This document shows positions 41,632-51,979 of a stretch of 64,000 bases of DNA, piece by piece. The stretch is taken from assembly GCA_965226555.1 (NCBI GenBank), contig CBDDDG010000010.1, forward strand, positions 1 to 64,000, in the 5' to 3' direction. The stretch is from Salinispira sp. (GTDB lineage Bacteria; Spirochaetota; Spirochaetia; DSM-27196; Salinispiraceae). The notes below the pieces were generated by a model that ran no database searches, was not told where the DNA came from, and was given only the letters and a program-made list of their open reading frames with translations. Position numbers and translations under genes: made by a program. How positions within the stretch are numbered: the stretch's first letter is position 1; every line of letters starts with the position of its first letter.

Positions 41632-43005
41632 CTACTGCATGAGTTCTTCGGTATCTTCCTGCATGAGACGCGCGGCCTCTTCGGCAGAAATGCTGCCATC
41701 GGTATATTTACGGGTAATGTCGGCAATAGAGCGTGTTTCATTCACACGAGCGTAAAGCGCGCCCTCGCCCTTGCTGAATCCCCATCGGCTTCCAGTGTTC
41801 AAACCTTCAACAATGTTCTGAATAACCTCCGGCGGGTAAATGGACGCCAAACTGGCTCTTCGATCTACACCAACAGCGAGATTACTCCATTCCTTCACAA
41901 AACGCTGCGCATCGGTACTGTCGCCGCGGCGAACAGGGAACTTACCCTCGGGGGCAATGGCAAGAGTTTTTGCGTAGGCGCCGGAAAGCGAATACTCAAC
42001 AAACTGCTCAGCCTGACGGGCGGCGGCATCGACAGTAATAACCAGATACCGGACATCGGCATAGCCCGAACCGCCCGGATTACTGGGCCCGGCAATTCTG
42101 GTAATGAAGTCTGTCCGCTTCGCGAGGTCGTCACTGGTCGGATCCGATGTAAAGGTGACCGGCGCGCTGTCGCGAAGGCCGGCAAGCTCATCCATAATGA
42201 AGGGGGACCATACGATCATGGCTGCCCGTCCATCAAGATAGAGTTCACGGGACTGCTGCCAGAAAAGATTCCCTTCGGGGCTCGCATCGGTGAGAACCTT
42301 GTAGAATTCGAGCATCTCAATTGTTTCGGGAGTATCGAGCGATACATTGCCCGAAGCGTCCACAATATCGACTCCATTCGCAAGACCGATATGCTCCAGA
42401 ACCTGCATCATGTAGGTCTGACTGGGATCGGTAGCTGCCACAAATCCGTACACATTGGGCGGATCGTGGAGAACTTCAATGGCCTTCACGATTGCGTCAT
42501 ACGTTGTCGGGGGGGCCAGATTGTTCTGCTCGAAGAGATCCTTCCGGTACACAAGGAGCTGAGTCCAGCCGTCAACCGGCACTCCTGCGTATTCACCATT
42601 GTTCTCAACCAGAGAGAGTACTCCGGGGGCAAAGGAATCGGCGCCAAGATTGTTGACAACCTCGGTAGCAGAACCCGGATCGGCAATTCCTTCCTGAGAC
42701 CAGTTAACAACATTTGCAAGCGGAGCATAAATGATGTCGGGAAGTTCACCAGCAGCAAAGGCAGCTGTTGCGCGCGCACCAAGCTCATTCTCAGATACCG
42801 GAACAACTTCAACAGAAATACCGGTAACGGCTCTGAAGTCTGCTGCAATTTCTTCCTGAACAGCAATTCTTTCAGGTTGTTCTTCCGTTGTCCACAGGGT
42901 AATGGAAGTAACCGGAGCACCTGCCCCTGACATTTCATCGACCCCAGCAGCAAAGGTAAGCATACTGATAAGTGTAAAAACTACAGTACATAGTATTGTT
43001 TTCAT
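41632..43005 (-). CDS. Carbohydrate ABC transporter substrate-binding protein
   Basis: Signal peptide, AAGELPDI, LLVYRKDLF; AGGAGGTG RBS. Confidence 0.92.
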   Translation of the reverse strand: MKTILCTVVFTLISMLTFAAGVDEMSGAGAPVTSITLWTTEEQPERIAVQEEIAADFRAVTGISVEVVPVSENELGARATAAFAAGELPDIIYAPLANVVNWSQEGIADPGSATEVVNNLGADSFAPGVLSLVENNGEYAGVPVDGWTQLLVYRKDLFEQNNLAPPTTYDAIVKAIEVLHDPPNVYGFVAATDPSQTYMMQVLEHIGLANGVDIVDASGNVSLDTPETIEMLEFYKVLTDASPEGNLFWQQSRELYLDGRAAMIVWSPFIMDELAGLRDSAPVTFTSDPTSDDLAKRTDFITRIAGPSNPGGSGYADVRYLVITVDAAARQAEQFVEYSLSGAYAKTLAIAPEGKFPVRRGDSTDAQRFVKEWSNLAVGVDRRASLASIYPPEVIQNIVEGLNTGSRWGFSKGEGALYARVNETRSIADITRKYTDGSISAEEAARLMQEDTEELMQ

Positions 43006-43084
43006 GAATTCACCTCCTGATTCATGACAGATTATTCTCTGCAAGAGAGAATATATCAGGAAGCGGAAGACTCAGACGGAATTT

Positions 43085-43158
43085 TGGAGGTAAAGGGACT
43101 CGAACCCTTGACCCCCAGAATGCAAATCTGGTGCTCTAGCCAACTGAGCTATACCCCC
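43085..43158 (-). tRNA. tRNA-Ala(TGC)
   Basis: GGGGGTATAGCTCAGTTGGCTAGAGCACCAGATTTGCATTCTGGGGGTCAAGGGTTCGAGTCCCTTTACCTCCA; G3:U70 pair; CCA not encoded. Confidence 0.96.
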
Positions 43159-43268
43159 GTACAGGTTTTTTATTCTTTCATAAAATTAGTGGGTGGTCAA
43201 GTAGGATAGAAAATAAACGGCGAATTCAACCATGGATTTACCTATATTCCCAGCCCCCTGCGCAATTT

Positions 43269-43553
43269 TTACTTATTGCTGCCCAAAAGGGCTGCAATAA
43301 GGGCAACAACTGCACCGCCAATGGCTGCGCCTGTTATGAGCCCCTTGGTTTTTTCATCCTTTGCCCACTTCATAATAGTAGCGGCAAGAGAAGCGGCATT
43401 CTCATTCGGCAGGCCTTCGGTTTTCAATCGGTCGCAAACTGTCTCGTAGCTGACGCCCGGCTTGCGGAGTTCCTCAATTGCCGACACCAGAATTTCCCGG
43501 GTCAACTCAGGAAAGGAATCCTGCAACTGCTGTAGTTTTTCACTTTCATTCAT
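43269..43553 (-). CDS. Small protein with C-terminal Gly-rich TM helix
   Basis: AGGAGG RBS; GLITGAAIGGAVVALIAALLG; third gene of the GTPase operon. Confidence 0.75.
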   Translation of the reverse strand: MNESEKLQQLQDSFPELTREILVSAIEELRKPGVSYETVCDRLKTEGLPNENAASLAATIMKWAKDEKTKGLITGAAIGGAVVALIAALLGSNK

Positions 43554-43576
43554 AAAAAATCCTCCTGATTTTCATA

Positions 43577-45289
43577 TTAGTATATATTCTGCAAAATAGC
43601 ATCCAACTCTTTATGAATTAAATTCAAATCTGCAACTAGGCTATTAGTTTGTGCAATAACCGACATTTCGGAATCTTTAATTTTTTTAATTTCTTCTTCA
43701 ATAGGTTGAAATTTTTCCTTAAAAAAGTTCTTGACCTGTTTTTTAAAGGCACCCTCTATATCGTTCGCAATACCTTTGAAAGTTGAGTTAATTTCTGTTC
43801 GCGCATCCGCTAATTTGCGGGCGTTTTCTTCATCTTGCTGCACATCCTTTACATCAAAAACAAGAGATATAACTAAAAAAATGGGACCCGCTACCTTGAG
43901 CAGGTTACCAAAAGCTTTTGTAATACCAATAGCCTGATAAGGAATAAATTTATACCCAATTTTGTGACCTACCGTAAGAACCGCTTTATGTGCCACACTT
44001 CCTGAAACATCTGCATTTTTCAGGAAGCCCATGCCAACGCTTGCCCCTTTCTTAACGGTAAAATTACCAAAAGATTGTATACATGTATCCGCGATCTGCT
44101 CAAACTGACGAAACCTTTCGTGTGCCTTTTTAGCTGTTTCAGACGTTGCTGCATCTGACGCATTCACGGAAAACTTTTCATCTTCATTCAGAATAAATTC
44201 TTCAAGAAGACGATTTTCGAATATCTTCTGTAAGTCGGGCTTAATATCTTCCATGCAGCTGTTGATGGCCTGTTCAACAGATTCTGCAGCCTCTTGGTTA
44301 TATTTTGATATGCTTTTTTCTGCTTTTCTGGATTCATCCTCAAGATTACTCTTGCTTCCCAGAAGAGAAGTAAGTTTTGAAGATTGAGCTTGAATTTTAG
44401 TATGTAAGTCCAGAACAATACCATCCAGTTCCCCTTCCAGACTTCTGCGCCTGCGGTTCATGGCCTTTGAAAGGCGGTTTAAAATAAGAAGTTTGGCATC
44501 ATCTTCATTATTATCGCGTACTACCGATTGAACGGCATCTTCAATGGACGCACGTAATATACGGATGGGTGTGTCCAACTTTGCATAGGCACTATTCTCA
44601 TTCGTAAAGGCATTTAGATCAGCTATAAAGGTATCAAACCGACTCAGCTTCTGAAGTTCTGCATCATGTGTATCTACTCCATCAATATAATCAAGGGCAT
44701 CAATGTATGAAACTACAAATGAATTAAGAAGATTAGGCGTAAGCGCATCCTGAAGGCTCTTAGCATAGTTTTCAATTTTTTCATTGTCATCCCCCGCCTC
44801 CGATGAAAGTTTATTTACAACCAACATCATTTTGTTTTTATACTTATAATTATATGCAAGTTCTTTAAAATTTTTAGCGGTAATTGAATCAAACAAAGAG
44901 TGAGTAAGGGTAAAAATAAGAATATCGCTTTCTTTCATTTTTTGAAGTGTTATTTCGTCGTGATTCTTTCGCTCGGTATACAACCCAGGGGTATCTATAA
45001 GCTTTATCCCGTTCCAATCGTATTCACTTGTATGATCTGTGGCAATATCGGCTGAAATTTTAATATCCTTACGTCCGGTAAGCGCAGAAATAATCGTGGA
45101 TTTGCCAGCGCTGTACTCGCCAATAAAGGCAACTGTAAGATAACCCCGCTGCCTGTATTCGGAATGCTGCTTTTCAAAATCTTGTTTAATTTTTTGAAGC
45201 AATTTCGGATGGTTATTGGTAATTTCAATAAATTTGTCTGCGCATGACTGAAACTGACTTATAATTTTCTCACCGTCAAATGTTAACAT
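43577..45289 (-). CDS. Dynamin-like (LeoA/Era-related) GTPase
   Basis: GEYSAGKS, DTPG, NKLS; helical stalk and hydrophobic paddle. Confidence 0.82.
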   Translation of the reverse strand: MLTFDGEKIISQFQSCADKFIEITNNHPKLLQKIKQDFEKQHSEYRQRGYLTVAFIGEYSAGKSTIISALTGRKDIKISADIATDHTSEYDWNGIKLIDTPGLYTERKNHDEITLQKMKESDILIFTLTHSLFDSITAKNFKELAYNYKYKNKMMLVVNKLSSEAGDDNEKIENYAKSLQDALTPNLLNSFVVSYIDALDYIDGVDTHDAELQKLSRFDTFIADLNAFTNENSAYAKLDTPIRILRASIEDAVQSVVRDNNEDDAKLLILNRLSKAMNRRRRSLEGELDGIVLDLHTKIQAQSSKLTSLLGSKSNLEDESRKAEKSISKYNQEAAESVEQAINSCMEDIKPDLQKIFENRLLEEFILNEDEKFSVNASDAATSETAKKAHERFRQFEQIADTCIQSFGNFTVKKGASVGMGFLKNADVSGSVAHKAVLTVGHKIGYKFIPYQAIGITKAFGNLLKVAGPIFLVISLVFDVKDVQQDEENARKLADARTEINSTFKGIANDIEGAFKKQVKNFFKEKFQPIEEEIKKIKDSEMSVIAQTNSLVADLNLIHKELDAILQNIY

Positions 45290-45302
45290 AACAATTATCT
45301 CC

Positions 45303-47810
45303 TTATGATGATATTTTGATAAAAAGGTCTTCTTGCAGAACCGATTTAATTTCTTCTTCTAGTTTTTTGGAGTTTACAGGTATCATTGTGGTAATAGTAA
45401 TTTCTTTGCCAACTTTGCGTTCTACCGATTGTATTACTCTCTTAATGGACTCCTCAGTCAGCGATGTCCGTTGGCATTGAACCCAGTCTATAACACGTTT
45501 TGCAAAGGCCATGTTCAATTTAGTGTTAATTGAAATTAAAGTTTTCTGTGTCTTCAACATTGCCGCGTTAAACGATGCAAGTCCTTCTTCCATTATATTA
45601 AAATAATCGGATATCTTTTTCTCAATTTCTTTACTGCTTTTCTCGAAGTTCTTTTGAACATTTTCTATAATTGTTTTTTGCTGATCTGCAACTGACTCTT
45701 CAAGTGTGGAGCGTATCTTGGATATTGCCTCCTGCCTTTTTTTTGCTTTTGATTTAAAAAAATTGGAAAGGATGCTCATAACCCCTCCCACAATTATTAA
45801 TGGCCAAGCAAATGAGGCTAATGCACCCCCTACTCCCCAAGCTATGGTACCGAGCAACCCCATTACCCCGCCACCAAATTTCAAAAAATTCTTCGCAAAC
45901 ATACTGGATTCTTCTGCTCTAATATCAATATGCTTAAATTCAAAATTTCCCAGCAAACTGATCTCCGAAGCGGTTTCACTGAGAAGTTCTTCAACGTTAC
46001 TTACATAAGTGTTCATTACCTTCCTATAAATAGCATCTAATTTTTGTGTATGCTTCTCCGCATGATCTTTCCATTCACTTTGCACATATGATTCTGTAGG
46101 TTCACAGTGTTCTTCGGCAAAGCGGGGTATACTGCCCCGCAATTCCTGAAAAACTTTACCAAACCCATTTTGCAAGTCTTTTTGGGCCTGTTGTGAGAAT
46201 TCTGCCGTACCACAGTTAACACGTTTTTTTGCTATCTGAAGATTCTCCCTGTTCTTTTTCAGAACACTTACTCTCTCGGCGATCCAACGAATAATTGGCT
46301 CAATTTCGCCAACAGTACAACCAAGCAGAGTCTGGGATCTCCGAATTTCTCCATCGCGTATCAACGACAATTTCAAACTATCGAGAAAATTTGTCAAACG
46401 ACTGGCTTTCAAGAGGGCATGCTGCTGTGAACTATATTCAGGTTTTTGGCTTATTAAGGCTGCGTATAGCTGAACCGGTATAATATCAAAATAATCATTC
46501 CCGTAGTGTTCTTTGGCATAACGGTTAATTCGATCAAAATGCCCACCCAGCGCAGATTTATCTTTAACAGAAAATGTTTTGCTTGGATTTTCAAGAAACT
46601 TTTCAATTTTCCGCGGATGTGTCAGATTTTCTTGTACATTCAACAAAATTATCAGAGGTTTTGCCTTGTTCTTTAATTTCTCTAAAAAGGCAAATTCTGT
46701 TTTTTGTTGATTATTATTTGTCAAAACAAAACAGATAACATCAGATTCATCAATTATCCTTTCGGCAATGGACTCATCTGTTTTTCCACCGGGGGCGCCA
46801 ATCCCGGGTGTATCAATAATGCGAATGTTTTTCCATTCATATACCCTGTTCAAACGGGTTTTCCGCTGTTTGCCAGCACCAATGGCTTCCTCGCCCCCCC
46901 CTGTGATAACTGCATGTAATGTGCTTTTCCCAGCCTTTGTTTTTCCAAGAAAGGAAATGGTGAAATATTGAGTTGCACTCTGCTTTTTATGGATTGATGC
47001 ATTAATGGTTTCAATTTTCTTAAATATATCCTGAACCAAGGATTTTTCGGTTTCCTGTAAGAAGGTGACCACTTCTTGAGTGTGTTCTTGATCCTTACCG
47101 ACAACAATTTTTGCAATTTCCGTTATTGGTTTTTCCAGTTCCTGTTGCAGATTTTTTAAAGATTCACGAGTCTTGCTCAGCGCCGGAATGGCAAAGGTAA
47201 TATCTTCATTTGCCACTTCTCTACAACGTTCAATAGCCTTGTCATATTCCGGACCACTCAGCAGTATCTTGTGCTCTAATTTGCCTAGAGTATTCTGAAC
47301 AAGATCTGATTTGAAAGATGCGAACATTGGAAGCAATTTACCGCCAAACAATTTATTAATGCCTGCAATTATTTTTTCACCTGTAGTAAATTGCTGTGAA
47401 TAATCTAATGACACCATCGTGTCTATATTTTTATTTGCCAGTGCCTCTGCAGAAGCACACATTCGGTCCAATTCAGATTCTGACACTCCCCATTCATCAG
47501 CAAGATGTTTCAACAACTCTCGTTCAAGTGGATGGCAGAATCCATCCACATACGCCAGATAAGCGCAATTTTCCAGACAGGAGATGCGTAACGTATCTGG
47601 AATTGATTTAATTACTACATCAAGAGGAAGCATGTTTTCTTGCTGAGATAGTATCTTCTCCGCTTCTTCCTGCGTTTTTTCATTAATTATATGTTCTCCA
47701 GCAATTTGAGCTAAGGCCTGTGTTTCTTTTATGTGTTCCTGCCTATCTGCGCAAACTACATAAAAATATAATAAAAAATGATAATCAATTTTATTCATAT
47801 TATTTGGCAT
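45303..47810 (-). CDS. TerB-like domain fused to a dynamin-like GTPase
   Basis: N-terminal VVCAD...E and LAYVDGFCHPLERELLKHLADEWGVS; GKTKAGKS, DTPG; Gly-rich hydrophobic hairpin; GGAGGT RBS. Confidence 0.8.
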   Translation of the reverse strand: MPNNMNKIDYHFLLYFYVVCADRQEHIKETQALAQIAGEHIINEKTQEEAEKILSQQENMLPLDVVIKSIPDTLRISCLENCAYLAYVDGFCHPLERELLKHLADEWGVSESELDRMCASAEALANKNIDTMVSLDYSQQFTTGEKIIAGINKLFGGKLLPMFASFKSDLVQNTLGKLEHKILLSGPEYDKAIERCREVANEDITFAIPALSKTRESLKNLQQELEKPITEIAKIVVGKDQEHTQEVVTFLQETEKSLVQDIFKKIETINASIHKKQSATQYFTISFLGKTKAGKSTLHAVITGGGEEAIGAGKQRKTRLNRVYEWKNIRIIDTPGIGAPGGKTDESIAERIIDESDVICFVLTNNNQQKTEFAFLEKLKNKAKPLIILLNVQENLTHPRKIEKFLENPSKTFSVKDKSALGGHFDRINRYAKEHYGNDYFDIIPVQLYAALISQKPEYSSQQHALLKASRLTNFLDSLKLSLIRDGEIRRSQTLLGCTVGEIEPIIRWIAERVSVLKKNRENLQIAKKRVNCGTAEFSQQAQKDLQNGFGKVFQELRGSIPRFAEEHCEPTESYVQSEWKDHAEKHTQKLDAIYRKVMNTYVSNVEELLSETASEISLLGNFEFKHIDIRAEESSMFAKNFLKFGGGVMGLLGTIAWGVGGALASFAWPLIIVGGVMSILSNFFKSKAKKRQEAISKIRSTLEESVADQQKTIIENVQKNFEKSSKEIEKKISDYFNIMEEGLASFNAAMLKTQKTLISINTKLNMAFAKRVIDWVQCQRTSLTEESIKRVIQSVERKVGKEITITTMIPVNSKKLEEEIKSVLQEDLFIKISS

Positions 47811-48061
47811 AAGTACCTCCAGTTGCATAATTACCTCAATATGTTAACAATTTGTATTCTATAGAATATGCAGTTCATTATGCAATAGCAGTGGAAAATA
47901 TTTCTGGGATATAAACCTTTGGACAGACCCCTCCTCCCCAGTGTAAAACGAAGGTTATTCGTATACACTGGGGGTTGTATAAAACATAAAAGGAGGGAAA
48001 CAGTGAACAGTAGTATCACATATTCTCAGTATCATCGCAAGTCTCGGAAGTATCAGGCGGT

Positions 48062-48114
48062 GAATTCAACCATAAGTGCACCACCTCCCCGCCCTCTGAG
48101 ATATAGTGAGTATA
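48062..48114. repeat. 53-bp direct repeat, copy 1 (copy 2 at 49139-49191)
   Basis: 52/53 identical; begins with the AATTCAACCAT motif. Confidence 0.92.
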
Positions 48115-48306
48115 AGAAAAAACCACTACGAGGAGGACAAAAAGGTGGTGCACAGACAGTATAATCAGTTGGATACGGATAATCGAGAGGATATTGTCTA
48201 TTATCGACGAAAAGGATATCCCGTCGGGGAGATGGCTCTGTCGGTTACCTTCCGCAAATCTCTCTTGGTCGTGCCCCGCTTCTTGTTTTCAAGACCCTCG
48301 TCGGAT

Positions 48307-48660
48307 TCAAAGCGCCGAGAGGAAGGTTCCAAGGGTGGCTACTCCGATGATGAGGCCAATGACCCCCACAACGCCGACAACAGCCGCCAGTATTCTGGCA
48401 CCCCGCACCCGTTCCAGAGCGACGCCGTCTCCATCTTTCGGATCGCCAAATCCAAGATGGAACACATCGAATAGCACAGCAACTCCTCGCAAAACACCGA
48501 CAATTACGCTAATTGACGGAAGGAGCAATGATACCCCCCAAGAAAGCAAATATATGCTACCCGATCCTTTTTTACCAACATAAAATCGGTGGGCGCCAAA
48601 TATCCCCAAAAATATCAAAAGCAGGGTATATGACCATGTGCTTTTTGAACTTATTTCCAT
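48307..48660 (-). CDS. TM2-domain membrane protein
   Basis: KSTWSYTLLLIFLGIFGAHRFYVGKKGSG. Confidence 0.85.
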   Translation of the reverse strand: MEISSKSTWSYTLLLIFLGIFGAHRFYVGKKGSGSIYLLSWGVSLLLPSISVIVGVLRGVAVLFDVFHLGFGDPKDGDGVALERVRGARILAAVVGVVGVIGLIIGVATLGTFLSAL

Positions 48661-48772
48661 AATGATTCCTCCTGAATAGTATGGTTTTCTGTCAGACACG
48701 CAACGCAATGCCCGCATTTGTTACTGAGTTTGAGTTCGGAACCGGACTTCGCTGCCGACACGTTTCCATTGG

Positions 48773-49052
48773 TTATGGACGTGCCCGGGTACTCATGTTG
48801 TAGGCATATATTTTCTCATCCCAAATATCGCTAACCCACATTGTTGTTCCATCTGACCAAATGCCCCTCGGAAACAAATTCCCAGCAACTTTAAGTGTGT
48901 TAAAATCATTCTTTGATCCTGCGCAGGTTGTAATGACGAATACCGCGAGAAAAAAGGATAAAGGCCAACAGAATCCTCTTCAGCAAATATGATCCTGGGA
49001 CGGAGTGCTTCCTACTGCTTCTGTTTTGGTTGCTTGGTATATCGGGTACCAT
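48773..49052 (-). pseudogene. Frameshifted mini-lipoprotein, paralogue of the C-terminal repeat of 18681-20327
   Basis: MVPD...KRILLAFILF / (one extra T in a T6 run) LAVFVITTC AGSKNDFNTLKVAGNLFPRGIWSDGTTMWVSDIWDEKIYAYNMSTRARP. Confidence 0.75.
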
Positions 49053-49138
49053 TCTATCAATAATCTCCCATGATTAATAGTAGCATTACTTTACCTGTGG
49101 AGCAGGAACATTGTCAAGAGAAATTTTTGCAAAAGTGC

Positions 49139-49191
49139 GAATTCAACCATAAGTGCACCACCTCCCTGCCCTCTGAGATATAGTGAGTATA
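49139..49191. repeat. 53-bp direct repeat, copy 2
   Basis: Matches 48062-48114. Confidence 0.92.
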
Positions 49192-49275
49192 CATACTATC
49201 TGGATTCCCGATGGCTCCAAGGATCTGCCGGTGGAGTCGAAGCTCTTCGGTATTGAATTCGCCTACTGATCGATC

Positions 49276-51537
49276 CTACTGCTCGCGCTGGGAAAAGAGA
49301 TAGGCGCTGCCGGAGCTTTCTCCGGCATTATTATTCTTATACTCGCCGACAATTGCCGTCTCTCCATCGAAGGCAACACTGGCTCCAAAGCTATCACCCG
49401 CAGCCGCATCGGGAGCAAGCATCTTATCATGCTGGCGCCACACACCATCGCTTCCTCGGGTAAAAACGTAGGCGCTGCCGGAGTCGACTCCGGCATCATC
49501 ATTCCCGAAGGCGCCGACAATTGCGGTGTTTCCAGAAATAGCGACACTGGCTCCAAAGCCATCATTCTCAGCCAAGTCAGTTGCGACAAGTTTTATCTGC
49601 TGATTCCAGTCCGTCTCCCCTTCAGTAAAAATGTATGCGGCGCCGGTAGCAATTCCATTATCAAAATTTCCATCAGCTCCGACAATTATTGTTGTTCCAT
49701 CGAAGGCAACACTGCTTCCAAATTTATTACCCTCAATCCGGTCACTTGCGGATATGACGCCGTAAATAGCACTCCAAGTCGTCCCGTTCCGGCGATATGC
49801 CTGTACAGTGCCTTTATCACTTGCTGAGCCAGGAATGCCAACCATTATCGTATTCCCATAAATAGCGACACTTCTTCCAAAATTATCATTTGCACCCGTG
49901 GAATGGAGTTTTTCTGGCTGGGACCAGTTGCCAGTGCTGTTTCGGGTAAAAGTGTATGCGCTGCCGCTATCGCTGGAGCCATCGTTGTCTTCAAACGGGG
50001 CGCCGACAATTGCCGTATTTCCATAAATAGCGACACTGTTTCCAAATCTATTACCCGGAGCCGAGTTAGTTGCGACAAGTTTTGCCTGCTGGCTCCAGTT
50101 GCCATTGTTGCCTCGGATAAAAATGTATGCGGCGCCGGCATTTTGGGTGGTGATTGTTGGATTCATAGGGTCGCCGGTACTAGTAATAACAGTATCATGT
50201 TGCGCGCCGATAATTGCCGTGCCATTAGCCTCATCAATAGCGACACTATTTCCAAATTCAGCGCCGGAAACCGCGTTAGTTGCGACAAGTTTTGCCTGCT
50301 GGCTCCAGTTGCCAGTACTCCCTTTGGTGAATATGTACGCGATACCGGAATTACCGGGGTTATTATCATCCTCGGCAAACGGCGCGCCGACAATTGCGGT
50401 ATTCCCATCAATAGCGACACTTATTCCAAAATTATCATTCGCAGCCGCATCGGAAGCCGTAATTTCTTCCTGTAGGGGGAAGTACCATGGGGTGCCGGCT
50501 ACTGCCGCAGACCAGCCGCCGGGTCCCTGAGCGTTAATGGCTTGTATGCTCGCCTCGTACTCGGCGCCGTTTGTGAGCCCAGAGAAGGTGTAGCGCGCGC
50601 CGATAATACCGTAGCTGAGCTCCGTCCATTCCACGGGTTCTTCTCCTTCTCCAACTGTTTCGCGATAGCGCAGGTTGTAGGCGCTAATGGCGTTGCCGCC
50701 GTCATCAGTAACCGTCCATGTCGCAACAAGTTCCCTATCGTTCGCTTCGAGGGTTACAACTGGCGCGCTGGGAACAGTGGCAGGCGCCAATGCTGCCGAT
50801 TCCGACCACGGCCCAGTTCCCTCACCGTTTATGGCGCGCGCCTGCACTTCGTACATGAGCCCGTTTGTCAGTCCGCTGCCAATGGTGTAGCGTGTGTCAG
50901 TAATACTAGGGGCAGGGGTAATGCCTTCGATAATTTTCGCCCATTCAATTTCCGTCCATTCGGCATTGCCCGCATCGCGGGACTCGCGGTAGCGCAGGTC
51001 GTAGGCGGTAATGTCGCTGCCGCCAATGTCCGGCGGGGCCTTCCATGCAACAGTAAGCGCTGTGTTCTTCGCTTCAAGCGCTGGCGGGGCAGGCGCTCCG
51101 GGAACATGCGCGGGCGCCAATGCCGCAGATTCCGACCATGGCCCCCCCCCCTGAGCGTTGACTGCGCGCATCTGCACTTCGTAGACAATTCCGTTTGTCA
51201 GTTCGCCAATGGTGTAGCCAGCGCCGATAATACCGTAGCTGAGCTCTGTCCACTCCGCATTTTCTGCTGGCGTTCCCGCCGCGCGGTGGCGCAGGTTGTA
51301 GCCAATAATGTCGCTGCCGCCGTTATTGGTCGGCGGGTTCCACGTAACAGTAAGCGAATTATTCCTTGCGGCAAGCTCCGGCGGCGCCATGGCAGACGGC
51401 GCGGTTGGTTCCGCAGCCGGCTTGGGTTCCGGGGTTGGCTCAGGGGTTGGTTCCGGCATTGGGCATGTAGAAATCAATACAATGCACATTGCGCAGAAAA
51501 TGAAAAAGATTGTTCCTTTGTATGACGAGATTCTCAT
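49276..51537 (-). CDS. Surface lipoprotein with three FN3 domains and an FG-GAP beta-propeller
   Basis: Signal ending ISTC; PEPT linker; three W..P..GGS.I..Y...LTNG..YEVQ.RA.N..G.G.WS domains; about seven FG.SVAI.G.TAIVGA repeats. Confidence 0.9.
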   Translation of the reverse strand: MRISSYKGTIFFIFCAMCIVLISTCPMPEPTPEPTPEPKPAAEPTAPSAMAPPELAARNNSLTVTWNPPTNNGGSDIIGYNLRHRAAGTPAENAEWTELSYGIIGAGYTIGELTNGIVYEVQMRAVNAQGGGPWSESAALAPAHVPGAPAPPALEAKNTALTVAWKAPPDIGGSDITAYDLRYRESRDAGNAEWTEIEWAKIIEGITPAPSITDTRYTIGSGLTNGLMYEVQARAINGEGTGPWSESAALAPATVPSAPVVTLEANDRELVATWTVTDDGGNAISAYNLRYRETVGEGEEPVEWTELSYGIIGARYTFSGLTNGAEYEASIQAINAQGPGGWSAAVAGTPWYFPLQEEITASDAAANDNFGISVAIDGNTAIVGAPFAEDDNNPGNSGIAYIFTKGSTGNWSQQAKLVATNAVSGAEFGNSVAIDEANGTAIIGAQHDTVITSTGDPMNPTITTQNAGAAYIFIRGNNGNWSQQAKLVATNSAPGNRFGNSVAIYGNTAIVGAPFEDNDGSSDSGSAYTFTRNSTGNWSQPEKLHSTGANDNFGRSVAIYGNTIMVGIPGSASDKGTVQAYRRNGTTWSAIYGVISASDRIEGNKFGSSVAFDGTTIIVGADGNFDNGIATGAAYIFTEGETDWNQQIKLVATDLAENDGFGASVAISGNTAIVGAFGNDDAGVDSGSAYVFTRGSDGVWRQHDKMLAPDAAAGDSFGASVAFDGETAIVGEYKNNNAGESSGSAYLFSQREQ

Positions 51538-51979
51538 ATATTTTGCCTCCTAAAATGGCTAATATCGATTATTTTTCTCAGAAAAATTCTGACGGCGTCC
51601 GCCATTATTTCTGAGGTCACTGAATAATACCACAAAGTTTTACAAAATGCAAAATTTCCCGATACTTTCCTCATATATTAATACGCATGCAGATATACGT
51701 CAACTACTTAGGATTGTGTGGGCCAATTCAACCATACGCGCACCCCTTCCCGACCACTAACCCCGCATTCCCGAGCCCTCCCCTCCCGTATCGCCCCGAA
51801 AATCCCTCCCAACCCGAAAAAATTCACACATTTTGCAAAATTCTTTCCACATACACAATCAAAAATGACCGTTTACCCGTCACAGATATAGAGGAGAGAA
51901 TTCACCATGGGACCATGTCGCCATGGGAGCTCCCCTATTCAGAAAGAAACGTTCAGAAAAAAACCTTCAGGAGGATTGT

